Below, one piece after another: positions 1-10,583 of a stretch of DNA of 64,000 nt (position 1 is its first letter; each line of letters starts with the position of its first letter). Both the position numbers and the translations under genes were made by a program. The notes below the pieces were generated by a model. That model had not been told where the DNA came from and searched no databases. It saw only the letters and a list, made by a program, of their open reading frames with translations. Origin of the DNA: Octopus sinensis (taxonomy: Eukaryota); the NCBI RefSeq assembly GCF_006345805.1, contig NC_042997.1, forward strand, positions 144,212,001 to 144,276,000. Direction: 5' to 3'.

Positions 1-434
1 AAATTTATCAAAAAAGCCAAGTGAAAATAATGTTTTCTTTTGACACATTCTACCAGTATACAAAGTTTCAAATTGTTTAGTTAACTAGAAATTGTGTTGA
101 ATTCTGGCTGCTATCAAAAGGAAAAGATCCCATAATTCTATTTGCTGTACATGCACCTTTGATGAGTTGTAGTGCACCTGAGCACTATACACAATAATTT
201 AATTATTACTATAAAAGGACTCACAATACACTGGATTCACCAAACTCACACACACACACACACACACACACAAATACATACACACGCATACATAAATCCA
301 CACTAACCTGTCAGGAGCCTCTTTTAAAAAATGTACATGACTTATAAAATCTTACTTGAAATCTCACTATACAATAAATGAAATTATGAAATTTCAGTTA
401 GCAGCATTAGAATAATACACTAGTATTATATAAT

Positions 435-600
435 AGACACAGGCATGACTGGGTGATAGGAAGCTTGCTTCCCAACCACATGGTTCTGGGTTTAGTCCCA
501 TTGTGTAGCACCTTAGGCAAATGTCTTCTACTATAGCCTCAGGCTGACCAAAGCCTTGTGAATGGATTTGGTGGACAGAAATTGAAAGAAACGTGTCGTA
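435..600 (+). mobile_element. SINE family A, 5' half (tRNA-like head plus CORE-like body), degraded
   Basis: Matches the consensus seen repeatedly in the window: ...GCTTGCTTCCCAACCACATGGTTC.GGGTT.AGTCCCA.TG.G..GCACCTT.GGCAA.TGTCTTCTACTATAGCC...GACCAAAGCCTTGTGA.TGGATTTGGT...GAAA.TGAAAGAA. The B-box-like GGTTCAGTCC is present in better copies. Confidence 0.85.
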
Positions 601-1173
601 AATATTACCTCTGGATATCCTTGTTGCTTATTTTGATTATAATCACCTCATTTTGAATTATATGGATAATATCATACCAATTTCTGGTGCCTTTAACTTA
701 AGTACCATATTCAACTGAATCTAAATTTTTACTAAACTTATATATATATATATATAATAGTGCACATTTAAACACAAGAGAAATTACCTTTAACAGGTAA
801 TTTTACATGCTAGGAGAAGCAGTCAAAACGACCAAACCCCCTTTAAGAATAATTTCAAAGGGAATGAAAAATAAAAACTTTTACCTTGTTATTTTTTTAC
901 GGTTATACCTAGGTTTTGAAGTTTTTAGTAAATAAAATAATTTGCTAGGCAAAATTCTCATCAGTAACCATGCAATAACATTAACATATGATTTAGAGAC
1001 AAATAACATGTGTCTCATCATTATATGTTATAATTTTTCAAATTCACCACGCAAGTGCAGTTTCAGTCGGCAGTAAGTGAAAAATGTCAAACTGACCTTT
1101 GAAAATCTAAAATCATATACGTAAAATATATAGGGTAGTGAATATTTTTAGAAATTTCACTACTTTCAATTTG

Positions 1174-1367
1174 GCTGTTGCCAGTGACTGGCCCTCATGC
1201 AGGTGGCATGTAAAAGCACCCACTACATTCTCTGAGTGGTTGGCATTAGGTAGGGCATCCAGCTGTAGAAACTCTGCCAGATCAGATTGGAGCTTGGTGC
1301 AGCCATCTGGCTTGCCAGTCCTCACTCAAACCGTCCATCCCATGCCAGCATGGAAAGAGGACGTTAA

Positions 1368-1410
<43 letters not shown>
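1174..1410 (+). mobile_element. RTE LINE 3' tail (truncated copy) ending in (GAT)n
   Basis: Same tail as the 3' end of the RTE copy at 10582-12871 (GGCA.GTAAAAGCACCCACTACA.TCTC.GAGTGGTTGGC.TTAGG.AGGGCATCCAGCTGTAGAAAC...CCATGCCAGCATGGAAA..GGACGTTAAA.GATGATGAT). Confidence 0.85.
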
Positions 1411-1411
<1 letters not shown>

Positions 1412-2110
1412 ATATATATATATATATATATAAAATTAAATATAATATAATTTATTTATATCTATTTTTTTGTATTTCTTTTCATTTGAAATTTGTCTTT
1501 ATTCTCAGGGCAAAGACAGTTGAAGTGATGGTGGAAGCCACTTCTATCTTCATGGTTCTGGCTGGCAGCAAATAGGTTTGGCAATTATCCACAGTAATTC
1601 TTTGTATATCAGTTTGCTGCTGGATAGGGAAAAAAAAATAATTAAAAAATAAAGATAAATTTCAAACTAAAACAGTAAAATAAACAAATAAAAATAAAAA
1701 TGAAGAAAAATATAACTAACAATAACAATAACAGCAAGAACAACAATAACAACAACAGCAACAATAATAATGATCATAAACTCATAGTATGAGAGAGATG
1801 AAAGTTATTGATGGTATCTCTGAGTTATATATTATCTAAAACTGTGGATTTTGTGGTACTTTGGAATTAAATAGAAAAAAATTCTTGGCAGATTTCTCAT
1901 GGAAAGTTGAACGAAAGTATGTTTTAAGGTTAAAAATTAGTAAAAAAAGACAATAATTAATAAAAAGAGGAAACTATTGCTTATCTTGTTTTATTAATCA
2001 TGTAAATATGAATAATGTGTTTAATGTTATATTTAATTATATGAATTCCAGACGATGAATTATTAGTATGGATTTTCTGAAGACAGAAATTATGTTTGTT
2101 AATAATCCTC

Positions 2111-2518
2111 AGTGCAGAAGTGGCTATGTGGTAAGTAGCTTGCTTACCAACCACATGGATCCGGGTTCAATCCCACTGTGTGGCATCTTAGGCAAAGTGT
2201 CTTCTAGTATAGCCTTGGGCCGACCAAAGCCTTGTGAGTGGATTTGGTAGACAGAAACTGAAAGAAGCCCGTTGTATATATGTATGCGTGTGTGTGCATG
2301 TGTGTGTGTGTGTGTGCGTGTGTGTGTTTGTGTGTCTGTGTTTGTCCACCCAACATTGCTTGACAATCGATGCTGGTGTGTTTATGTCCCCGTAACTTAG
2401 CAGTTCAGCAAAAGTGACCGATATAATAAGTACTATTCTTACAAAGAATAAGTCCTGGGGTCGATTTGCTTGACCAAAAGGCGGTGCTCCAGCATGGCCG
2501 CAGTCAAAGAGTAAAAGA
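2111..2518 (+). mobile_element. SINE family A, full composite copy (head/body - TG microsatellite - 3' module)
   Basis: 5' half as above, a central (TA)/(TG)n tract, then the 3' module GCTTGACAA.CGATGCTGGTGTGTTTA.GTCCCCGTAACTTAGC.GTTC.GCAAAAG.GACCGATA.AATAAGTAC...GGCGGTGCTCCAGCATGGCCGCAGTCAAA..AGTAAAAGAG. Confidence 0.9.
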
Positions 2519-2808
2519 GCTCACCGGAGCACTGTAGTGCAACGCAGTGCTCTAGTGAGCCAAAGATTATTAATAATGATAAAATAATGGAAATATTAAA
2601 TTTCTAAATATCTCAGAGAGATATAAGCAGTGGTCGTATGATAGAGTAGTTGTATACTGTCAACTTAACGTGACTGTCCCATAAAGGGAATCACACCACC
2701 GCTATTTAGCCCCAGGAAGCATCAATGCTTCCTGTCGGCCTTGACACATTTCCTGTGTCCTTATGTTTACAAGGGGGAGACAAGCACCTCCATCCAGCTA
2801 AGCCTGCA

Positions 2809-2850
2809 CCCAGAGACATGTTTCTGAGTCTTGCTCATCATCAGTCTGGA
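2809..2850 (-). ncRNA. Minimal type I hammerhead ribozyme motif (canonical core)
   Basis: The minus strand reads UCCAGA-CUGAUGA-UGAG(caaga)CUCA-GAAA-CAUGU-C-UCUGGG. Stem I is 5 WC pairs plus 1 GU, stem II is 4 bp, stem III is the palindrome ACAUGU, and the cleavage triplet is GUC. Confidence 0.8.
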
Positions 2851-3342
2851 GTAGCATGGCTTGCTAGCTGGCTGCTGATGCCTGTCTAGACCTCGTACTC
2901 AATTCTATTTTCCTACATTAATCAATGTACAATATTTTACATTTACTTAATGATTCCTTCATGTCTATTTTAGCAAATACTGTAAAAACTATATCATACT
3001 GATGAGGTCACAATACAGTTGAAACATGTCCAGTGTTGTCTATCATGCTTGTTAAAAACAAGTTAAAACTATATTAGTACTGACTATTTTTTTTTACTTA
3101 ATACATAATTATTTCTCGTTACCTTTTTAATGCTACTTATGTAAGGTATTTCATCAGATTCTTTTATGACTTCATAGCTTTCAGGTTTAGCTTAAGGTAT
3201 TTTCGCGCCCAACATCACAAAATGCGTCTGAATAAACATTGCCAGACAGCAAATAGAGACTCGAACATTGCTTAGAAAATAATTTTCATTTTTAACCTCG
3301 TATATAGTATGCACTAAGGATTTTGACCTTTAAATTTTGGGA

Positions 3343-3373
3343 AAAAAATGCGGATTATACTCGAAGATTTACG
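3343..3373. mobile_element. Possible Tigger/pogo-like terminal inverted repeat remnant
   Basis: AAAAAATGCGGATTATACTCGAAGATTTACG resembles pogo/Tigger-type ends from memory. No partner TIR was found. Confidence 0.3.
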
Positions 3374-3439
3374 AGGATTACAAACAAAACATCATCATCA
3401 TCATCATTCATTGTCTTCATAATCGTCATCATCATCATC

Positions 3440-3605
3440 ATCATCATCTTCATCTTCATCTTCATGCTGGCATGGATTGTGTAGTTTGACAAATTACCAG
3501 CAAGCCAGAAGATTGTGCCAGGCTCTACTGTCTGCTTTGGCATGGTTTCTACAGCTGGATGCCCTTCCTAATGCCAACCACTTTACAGTGTGGACAGGGT
3601 GGGTT
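3440..3605 (-). mobile_element. RTE 3' tail fragment
   Basis: Reverse complement of the tail: (CAT)n...CATGCTGGCATGG...TTTCTACAGCTGGATGCCCTTCCTAATGCCAACCAC. Confidence 0.8.
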
Positions 3606-4574
3606 TTATGCGGCATCAGCAGCAGTGAGGTCATCAAATGGCTCACAAGACAAGACCCCACCCCTCAACAGATTGGTGGGAAGTAGTATAGAGGAAGGTG
3701 GCTTTGTGCCAGGTGATGAAAAGTTAGAGTATGGGTTGAAGGGCAACAAAAGTGATACATAGCTACATTAGTAAGAGAGAGATGGAGGAACAGAGAGCAA
3801 AGAGAGAGAGAGAGAGAGAAGAGAGAGGAGAGGGAAGATGATGAAGATGTGACAGGAGGGGATGGGTACATTCAAGTTACAAGAAGTATATAAATGAAGT
3901 GGGGCCAACGATTGGATAGGGTGAGAAAGTGAGTGACCCGTACTCTATGAGTGAAATTAAGTAAACAGAGACTGTGTTTAAAGCCTCTTGGTTAGGATCA
4001 TCATCATCATCATCATCATCTAATGTCCATTTACCAAGCTGGCATGGGTTGGATGGCCTGACTGGAGCTGGTAAGCTAGAAAACTGTGCCCTCCTAGTCA
4101 TAGTGTGTCATGCTGAGCTGTTTTCATATCAATTCAAGAGCAAGTTATTCAGTTTCTTGTACAACTGATTCTGCATTGCCAAATAATGGAAGTTCAGCAA
4201 TGAAGTGTACTCACTAATCACATGTGAAGACAAAATCTGCTCTCAACTCCACCAATATATGGGAAACCATGAATAATACACTCCCTGATATTGCAAAAAG
4301 CCATCAGGCTTAATAAAAATTCCACGAATGCAATTGAAGCAGAATTAAATTAAAATAGCCATCTATGTATCATAATTAATGTAAACACACCATTGACAGG
4401 ATATCATGTTGTGGGTTTTGTCTCAAAGAAAAATTTCTTCATAGACATGTTGTATTAAAAATACAGTATATATTGCAGTGAAATGAGATGAACACCATCA
4501 GAGTTTTGACCACAAGAGTAATATTTATCTTGCTCTGATATGTATTGTGTTTTTAATATAGCATCTTTTACCTT

Positions 4575-4800
4575 TTATCTATTACTTGTTTTAGTCATTA
4601 GACTGTGGCCATGCTGGGGCAGCACCTAGAAGAATTTTTGTTGAATAAATCAACTCCAGTATTTATTTATTTTCTTTATGCTTGGTACTAATTATATTCG
4701 TCTCTTTCATGAAATTGCTAAGATACAGGGGCGTAACCACACCAACACTAGTTGTCAAGCAATGATGAAGGACAAACAGATGCACAAAGACACACACACA
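4575..4800 (-). mobile_element. SINE family A, 3' module
   Basis: TTACTTGTTT.AGTCATT.GACTG.GGCCATGCTGG.GCA... through GTTGTCAAGCAATG...GGACAAACA. Confidence 0.75.
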
Positions 4801-4974
4801 CATATATATATATATCAATAACAATAATAATATGACAACAAAAGAATAAATGAGACCTCGATATTATGTAAATAGAGGAATTTATCTATATATATATGAT
4901 ATAGGACAATCACTTACTGACTGTTTCATATTATACATACATAGACACACACACACACATATACATATACATTG

Positions 4975-5336
4975 GGCCTCACAGAGGCAATGACAGGAGA
5001 CCAAGACCTTTGGAGATATGGTTTGATTGAGATGGCCTGTTGAGTCAAGTAAAACCAAAATTCTAGCTGTGGTCAGTGCCTCCTGACCGGCTCCCATTCC
5101 AGTGGCACAAAATGCATCATCCAAACATAGTTGATGCCAATACCCTCTGACTGGTTCCCATGCCAATACCCTCTGACTGGTTCCCATGGTGTGGTTGGTG
5201 TAGGAAGGGCATCCAGCTGTTGAAACCTTGTCAGATCAGATTGGAGTCTGGTGCAGCCACTGGCTCTCCAGATCTCAGTCAAACTCTCCTACCCATGCCA
5301 GCATGAAAACCGGATGTTAAACGATGATGATGATGA
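4975..5336 (+). mobile_element. 5'-truncated RTE copy (ORF C-terminus plus 3' UTR)
   Basis: Translates EAMTGDQDLWRYGLIE, homologous to the RTE C-terminus EMTRDRDLWKYAVRE at ~11670-11710. It is followed by 3'-UTR modules including a ~27-bp tandem pair (about 5135-5188) and the (GAT)n tail. Confidence 0.75.
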
Positions 5337-5451
5337 CATGTATATATATATATATATATATGTATAAGGATGAAAAGGAACACACGAGTTGATATATATG
5401 AAAAAATAAGTCAAAATAGAAAATGCTAAAATAATTTTATAAAGAACATTT

Positions 5452-5489
5452 CAGTACCGGTTTCAGTCATTTTGAGACCTTTTCAACTG
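5452..5489 (-). ncRNA. Hammerhead motif, U3-A8 core variant (left arm)
   Basis: Mirror copy of 5561-5598. Confidence 0.65.
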
Positions 5490-5560
5490 TAACGATTAAA
5501 TAATTAAATTTAAAAAAAACATTTCTTTTAATTTTTCTAAATTTAATTATTTAATCGTTA

Positions 5561-5598
5561 CAGTTGAAAAGGTCTCAAAATGACTGAAACCGGTACTG
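5561..5598 (+). ncRNA. Hammerhead motif, U3-A8 core variant (right arm)
   Basis: CAG-UUGAAAA-GGUC(ucaaaau)GACU-GAAA-CCGGU-A-CUG. Stem III is the palindrome ACCGGU and the triplet is GUA. C3 and G8 are both changed (to U3 and A8), which preserves pairing. Confidence 0.65.
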
Positions 5599-5646
5599 AA
5601 ATGTTCTTTATAAAATTATTTTAGCATTTTCTATTTTGACTTATTT

Positions 5647-5684
<38 letters not shown>

Positions 5685-6364
5685 TTAATAAGGGTGAGAG
5701 AATTAGATACTAATTTAATAGTATATCTATTCTACACCAAGTGGCCTAGTGCTCCGAGAAACCTGGATTATTATAATATTTTATAATATATTATAATATT
5801 TTTACAAAATAAATATAAGAGAGTGGTCACTATATGGCTCACTCTAGCACCAGTTAATCCAAAAGGTTTCAACCACAAAAATACATGTTTCCCATGAAAG
5901 TCAATATATATATATAACAGTTTTCTTTCAGTTTTAATCTACTAAATTAACTCACATAGTTTTGGTTGGTCCAAGTCTATAGAAGAGCTGCACCAATGAA
6001 AAACTTTTCTCTCAGACAAAAGCCACAGCATCACATCATGCATTCCAAAGGTGTATATATATATTAAATATGATACACAGATGGCTAATTTAATTTACTG
6101 GTGCTTTAATTGAGTACACCGAGTTTGTATGTGTGTGTGTGTGTGTGTGTGTATGTGCGAGTGTGCATGCACATGTATGTGTTGTGTACACATGATGGAC
6201 TTACTTTCATTCAAATTCCATGTACAATACACTAGGATGGAACCTGGAAACAAATGGTTGCGAGAGAATTTCTTTGCCACACAACTACTCCTACCTATAT
6301 ACTAATAATATTGTGAGTGTGTGTCTGGGTAAATGATGACACTTAAGTGTAACAGTCACAGTTG

Positions 6365-6526
6365 CATCATCATCAATATCATCATCATTATCATCATCAT
6401 CGCCATTATTATCACCTTTTTCTTCTTCTTCTTCTTCTTCTTCTTTCTTCTTCTTCAATAGGAGAGGGAAACTTTTTACTACAGTTGTAGGGGGAAAATT
6501 TTCTTCTTCTTCTTTTTCTTCTTCTT

Positions 6527-6595
<69 letters not shown>

Positions 6596-6706
6596 TTGCC
6601 AACACTAACACTTATTGTAATGATAAATCTAATTACCATCCTTATTATTATTGTCACCATCATCATTTTATAATACAATTAAAATCATCATCATTATCAT
6701 CAACAA

Positions 6707-6739
<33 letters not shown>

Positions 6740-6945
6740 AAGAATAAGAATAATTATAATTATAACATTAATAACAATTACAATAATACTATTAGCAGTG
6801 TCTTAATAACGGTAACAAAATATCAATAACAATTAAGGTAACACTATTATTAAAATTACCAGCACCACCACCACCAACAACAACAACAACAACGACAATG
6901 ACTGCAATGATGACAACAACAATTACAGCAGCAGCAGTAGTAGTG
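6365..6945. repeat. Compound trinucleotide microsatellite (CAT/CTT/ATT/AAT/CAC/CAA/CAG)
   Basis: Directly visible successive triplet tracts. Confidence 0.95.
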
Positions 6946-7147
6946 ATAATCATGTATTTTCTGAAGACATGTTGACCCTAATGCTGGTTTTAAGTGACAA
7001 AGGAAGTACTTAATTGATACAGAACTAGCAGCAAGAAAGAGAAAAAGGAAGAAGTGTGATGACGAAAATATTCATAATGGTGACATTCTTCTGAGACTCA
7101 GGAGGGAAAGAAACAGGTGGTAGTCATCATTCTGAAACATGCTTGTT

Positions 7148-7352
7148 TTATATATATACATAAGTATGTATGTATGTATGTAAGTATGTATGTATGTAGT
7201 ATGTATGTATGTATGTAAGTATGTATGTATGTATGTATGTTGTATGTATGTATGGTATGTATGTATGTATGTATGTATGTATGTATGTGTGTGTATGTAT
7301 ATGTGTGTATATATATATATATGTATGTATGTATGTATGTAGTATGTATGTA

Positions 7353-7422
<70 letters not shown>

Positions 7423-7560
7423 GTATATGTATATGTGTGTACATATATATATGTATATGTATATGTGTGTATATATATATATGTGTGTATGTGTGTACGT
7501 GTGTGTGTATATGTGTGTGTGTGTGTATATACATCATATATATATATATATATACATATA
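7148..7560. repeat. Compound (TA)n/(TATG)n/(TG)n microsatellite
   Basis: Directly visible; it is the source of the YI/HT/CM-rich ORFs. Confidence 0.95.
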
Positions 7561-7729
7561 AGAGATAATGGTGTCATTGAGACCCAAAAGTGTCAGGTAA
7601 TGCTGAATAAGTGCTATAGACAGACCATAGTTAAGTTCCAGATTCGGTAATATTGCCAATAAAGTGTTCAACGTTGGTTCTACGTCAGCGTGTGTATATA
7701 AAAATATTTTGCGTTATAAGATAAGAAAG

Positions 7730-7783
7730 CAAGGCTGTATAGATATTAGAGCATTTAGATTCTCTAATATCTATACAGCCTTG
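7730..7783. repeat. Perfect 22-bp-stem hairpin with 10-nt loop
   Basis: CAAGGCTGTATAGATATTAGAG-catttagatt-CTCTAATATCTATACAGCCTTG. Confidence 0.9.
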
Positions 7784-7822
7784 GTTTTTTATCTTATCAT
7801 ACATATATGTATCAATATGTAC

Positions 7823-7877
<55 letters not shown>

Positions 7878-7888
7878 CTCTTTTCTCT

Positions 7889-8262
7889 TTTACTCTTTTA
7901 ATTGTTTCAGTCATTTGACTGCGGCCATGCTGGAGCATCGCCTTTAGTCGAGCAAATCGACCCCGGGACTTATTCTATCGGTCTCTTTTGCCGAACCGCT
8001 AAGTGACAGGGATGTAAACACACCAGCATCGGTTGTCAAGCAATGCTAGGGGGACAAACACAGACACACAAACATATACACACACACTTATAGATATATA
8101 CATATATACGACAGGCTTCTTTCAGTTTCCGTCTACCAAATCCACTCACAAGGCATTGGTCGGCCTGGGTCTATAGCAGAAGACACTTGCCCAAGATGCC
8201 ACGCAGTGGGACTGAACCCGGAACCATGTGGCTGGTTAGCAAGCTACTTAACACACAGCCAC
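7889..8262 (-). mobile_element. SINE family A, full composite copy
   Basis: Reverse complement of the 2111-2518 structure, with high identity. Confidence 0.9.
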
Positions 8263-8288
8263 ATATATATGTATGTGTATATATATAG

Positions 8289-8692
8289 TTATTTCTATAT
8301 TGCCCACAGGGAGCTAAACATAGAAGGCACAAACAAGGACAAAGATTTTCAGTTGATTACATCGACCCCCAGTGTCTAACTGATGCTTATCTAATAGACC
8401 CCGAAAGGATGTAAGGCAAAGTCAACCTCAGTGGAGTTTGAACTCAGAACATAACAGCAGACAAAATACCTATTCCTTTACTACCCACAAGGGGCTAAAC
8501 ACAGAGGAGACAAACAAGGACAGACAGACGGATTAAGTCGATTATATCGACACCAGTGCATAACTGGTATTTAATTTATCGCTCCGAATGGATGAAAGGC
8601 AAAGTCGACCTCGGCGGAATTTGAACTCAGAATGTAACGGCAGACAAAATACTGCTAAGCATTTTGCCCGGTGTGCCAACAATTCTGCCAGT
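8289..8692 (-). mobile_element. SINE family B, two tandem copies (one partial)
   Basis: Reverse complement of the GGC.GCGAGCTGGCAGAA.CGTTAGC...TTCTGAGTTCAAATTCC.CCGAGGTCGACTTTGCCTTTCATCC.TTCGGGGTC.AT.AAATAAGTACCAG consensus. The central segment resembles the Meta/MESC SINE domain from memory. Confidence 0.85.
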
Positions 8693-8714
8693 AATGTATA
8701 TATATATGAAGATA

Positions 8715-9170
8715 TGGCACAGGAGTAGCTGTGCAGTAAGAAGCTTCCTTCTCAACCACATGGTTCTGGGATCTTTAGGTTAGTGTCTTCTACTATAGCC
8801 TAGGGCCAACCAGAACCTTGCAAGTGCATTTGGTAGAGGGAAATTGAAAGAAGCTTGTCATATATATACATATATATATATATATTATATATATATATAT
8901 AATATATATATACATATATACATATATACACACACACTCACACACACATACACACACAACCACATACACACACACACACACACACATATATTTGTGTGTT
9001 TGTCCCCACTCTATCACTTGACAATTAATGTTGGTATGTCTACATGCCCTTAATTAGGAGTTCAGCAAAAGACACCAATAAGTCCTGGGGATGACTTCTT
9101 CAACTGAAAAAATTCTTTAAGGCGGTGCTCCATCATGGCCACAATCAAATGACTGAAAAATGTAAAAAGA
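8715..9170 (+). mobile_element. SINE family A composite copy, degraded
   Basis: Head, internal deletion, TA/CA tract and 3' module. Confidence 0.75.
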
Positions 9171-9208
9171 ACTAAATAATAAAAAAATTCATATTATAAA
9201 TAAATGTA

Positions 9209-9248
<40 letters not shown>

Positions 9249-9512
9249 TAAAGAGAGAGAGAGAGATAAATATTTATATATATGTATAAAGCAGGAGTGG
9301 TAATGACTTAGCCATGAAGTTTGTTAGAGTAGGCATCCCACTTTATATTCAAAAATAAACTTAAACTAATAAATCAAAGAGGAAGGCAAGGTGCGGTTCT
9401 CCTTTATGAATGAGGAAGATGTTTGTTGAATTATGAATGATAAGTCCAATGTGGAATGACCTGTTATACTATACCATTCCATTATATTTTGTTACAGACC
9501 AGAGTATCTGAT

Positions 9513-9695
9513 TTAACCCTTTAGTATTCAGACTATTTAGTCAAATGTATTGTTTATTTATTCACATTGTTTTGAATTAATCATGCTGTCTCTTGTAGCT
9601 TTAAGATTTTAATGATGCGATTGTTTATTTTTAGAATGACATTGTAGGGTAGGTGTGGGAGGCCAGATCTGACCAGTTTGAACATAAAACATGCA
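9513..9695 (+). mobile_element. piggyBac-like MITE 5' fragment
   Basis: Begins TTAA|CCCTTTAG, the piggyBac-type TSD and terminus. The right end is missing. Confidence 0.45.
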
Positions 9696-9699
9696 GACT

Positions 9700-10225
9700 T
9701 GGCTGGGTGGTGTGGTAGAAGCTGGCTTTCCAACCACATGGTTTCGGGTTCAGTCCCACTGCGTGGCACTTTGGGCAAGTGTCTTCTACTATATCCTCTG
9801 GCCAACCAAAGCTTTGTGGGTGGATTTGATAGACAAAAACCAAAAGAAGCTCGTCATATACATGTGTGTGTGTGTAGGTGCAGGAGTGGCTGTGTGGTAA
9901 GAAGATTGCTCCCAACTGCATGGTTCCGGGTTCAGTCCCACTGCGTGACAGCTATAACTTTATATATATATCTTCTTAGAAAAACATGTGAATTTCAGAA
10001 TTAATATCATGAAAGATAAATTCAATATATAGGCACGGGAGTGGCTGTGTGGTAAGTTGTAGGTGCAAGAGTAGCTGTGTGGTAAGTAGCTTGCTTACCA
10101 ACCACATGGTTCCAGGTTCAGTCCCACTGCTAGGCAACTTGGGCAAGTGTCTTCTACAATAGCCTTGGGCCAACCAAAGTATTGTGAATGGATTTGGTAG
10201 ATGGAAACTGAAAGAAGCCCATTAT
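9700..10225 (+). mobile_element. Cluster of SINE family A 5' halves including a tandem-head variant
   Basis: Three head/body segments, with a 30-bp head unit duplicated at 10028-10087. Confidence 0.8.
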
Positions 10226-10231
10226 ATATAT

Positions 10232-10542
10232 ATGATCAGAATGATCAGAGTGAGATTTCCAAGCTGTTATACCTACATAATCACTATTAGACATATCCAA
10301 CTCTTTATAAATTCTCTGCACTGTCCTCAGATTGACACCCAAACACTCTGAAATGTTAGTATGGGAGCTTCTGGCATGAATGTCAAGAAGTACATGTAAT
10401 TTCCAAATTTCTGGGAGTGTGAATTGCATCATAGTCCTTTTTTTCTCACAGACAGTGCCCAACTGACCCTACCATACTGTGTAGTCAACAAAATTAAAAA
10501 CAAATCAGCAAGCACAAAATGGTGACAATCTACTATTACACC

Positions 10543-10545
<3 letters not shown>
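10232..10545 (-). mobile_element. Tc1/mariner-superfamily element, 5' end fragment
   Basis: The terminus on the minus strand is TA|CAGGGTGT. The ORF reads QFTLPEIWKLHVLLDIHARSSHTNISECLGVNLRTVQRIYKEL, an HTH-like transposase N-terminus (ISxxLGVxxRTVQRI). Confidence 0.7.

Positions 10546-10581
<36 letters not shown>

Positions 10582-10583
<2 letters not shown>

Larger units (their letters stand above)
5392..5658. repeat. Perfect inverted repeat (120-bp arms, 27-bp spacer) carrying two outward-facing hammerhead motifs
   Basis: 5392-5511 is the reverse complement of 5539-5658 by inspection. Confidence 0.9.

Noticed and set aside
2999-3030. Hammerhead-like CTGATGAG...GAAACATGTC on the plus strand
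   Set aside because: The core and stem III palindrome are present, but stems I and II do not pair. It is counted only as a degenerate relic.
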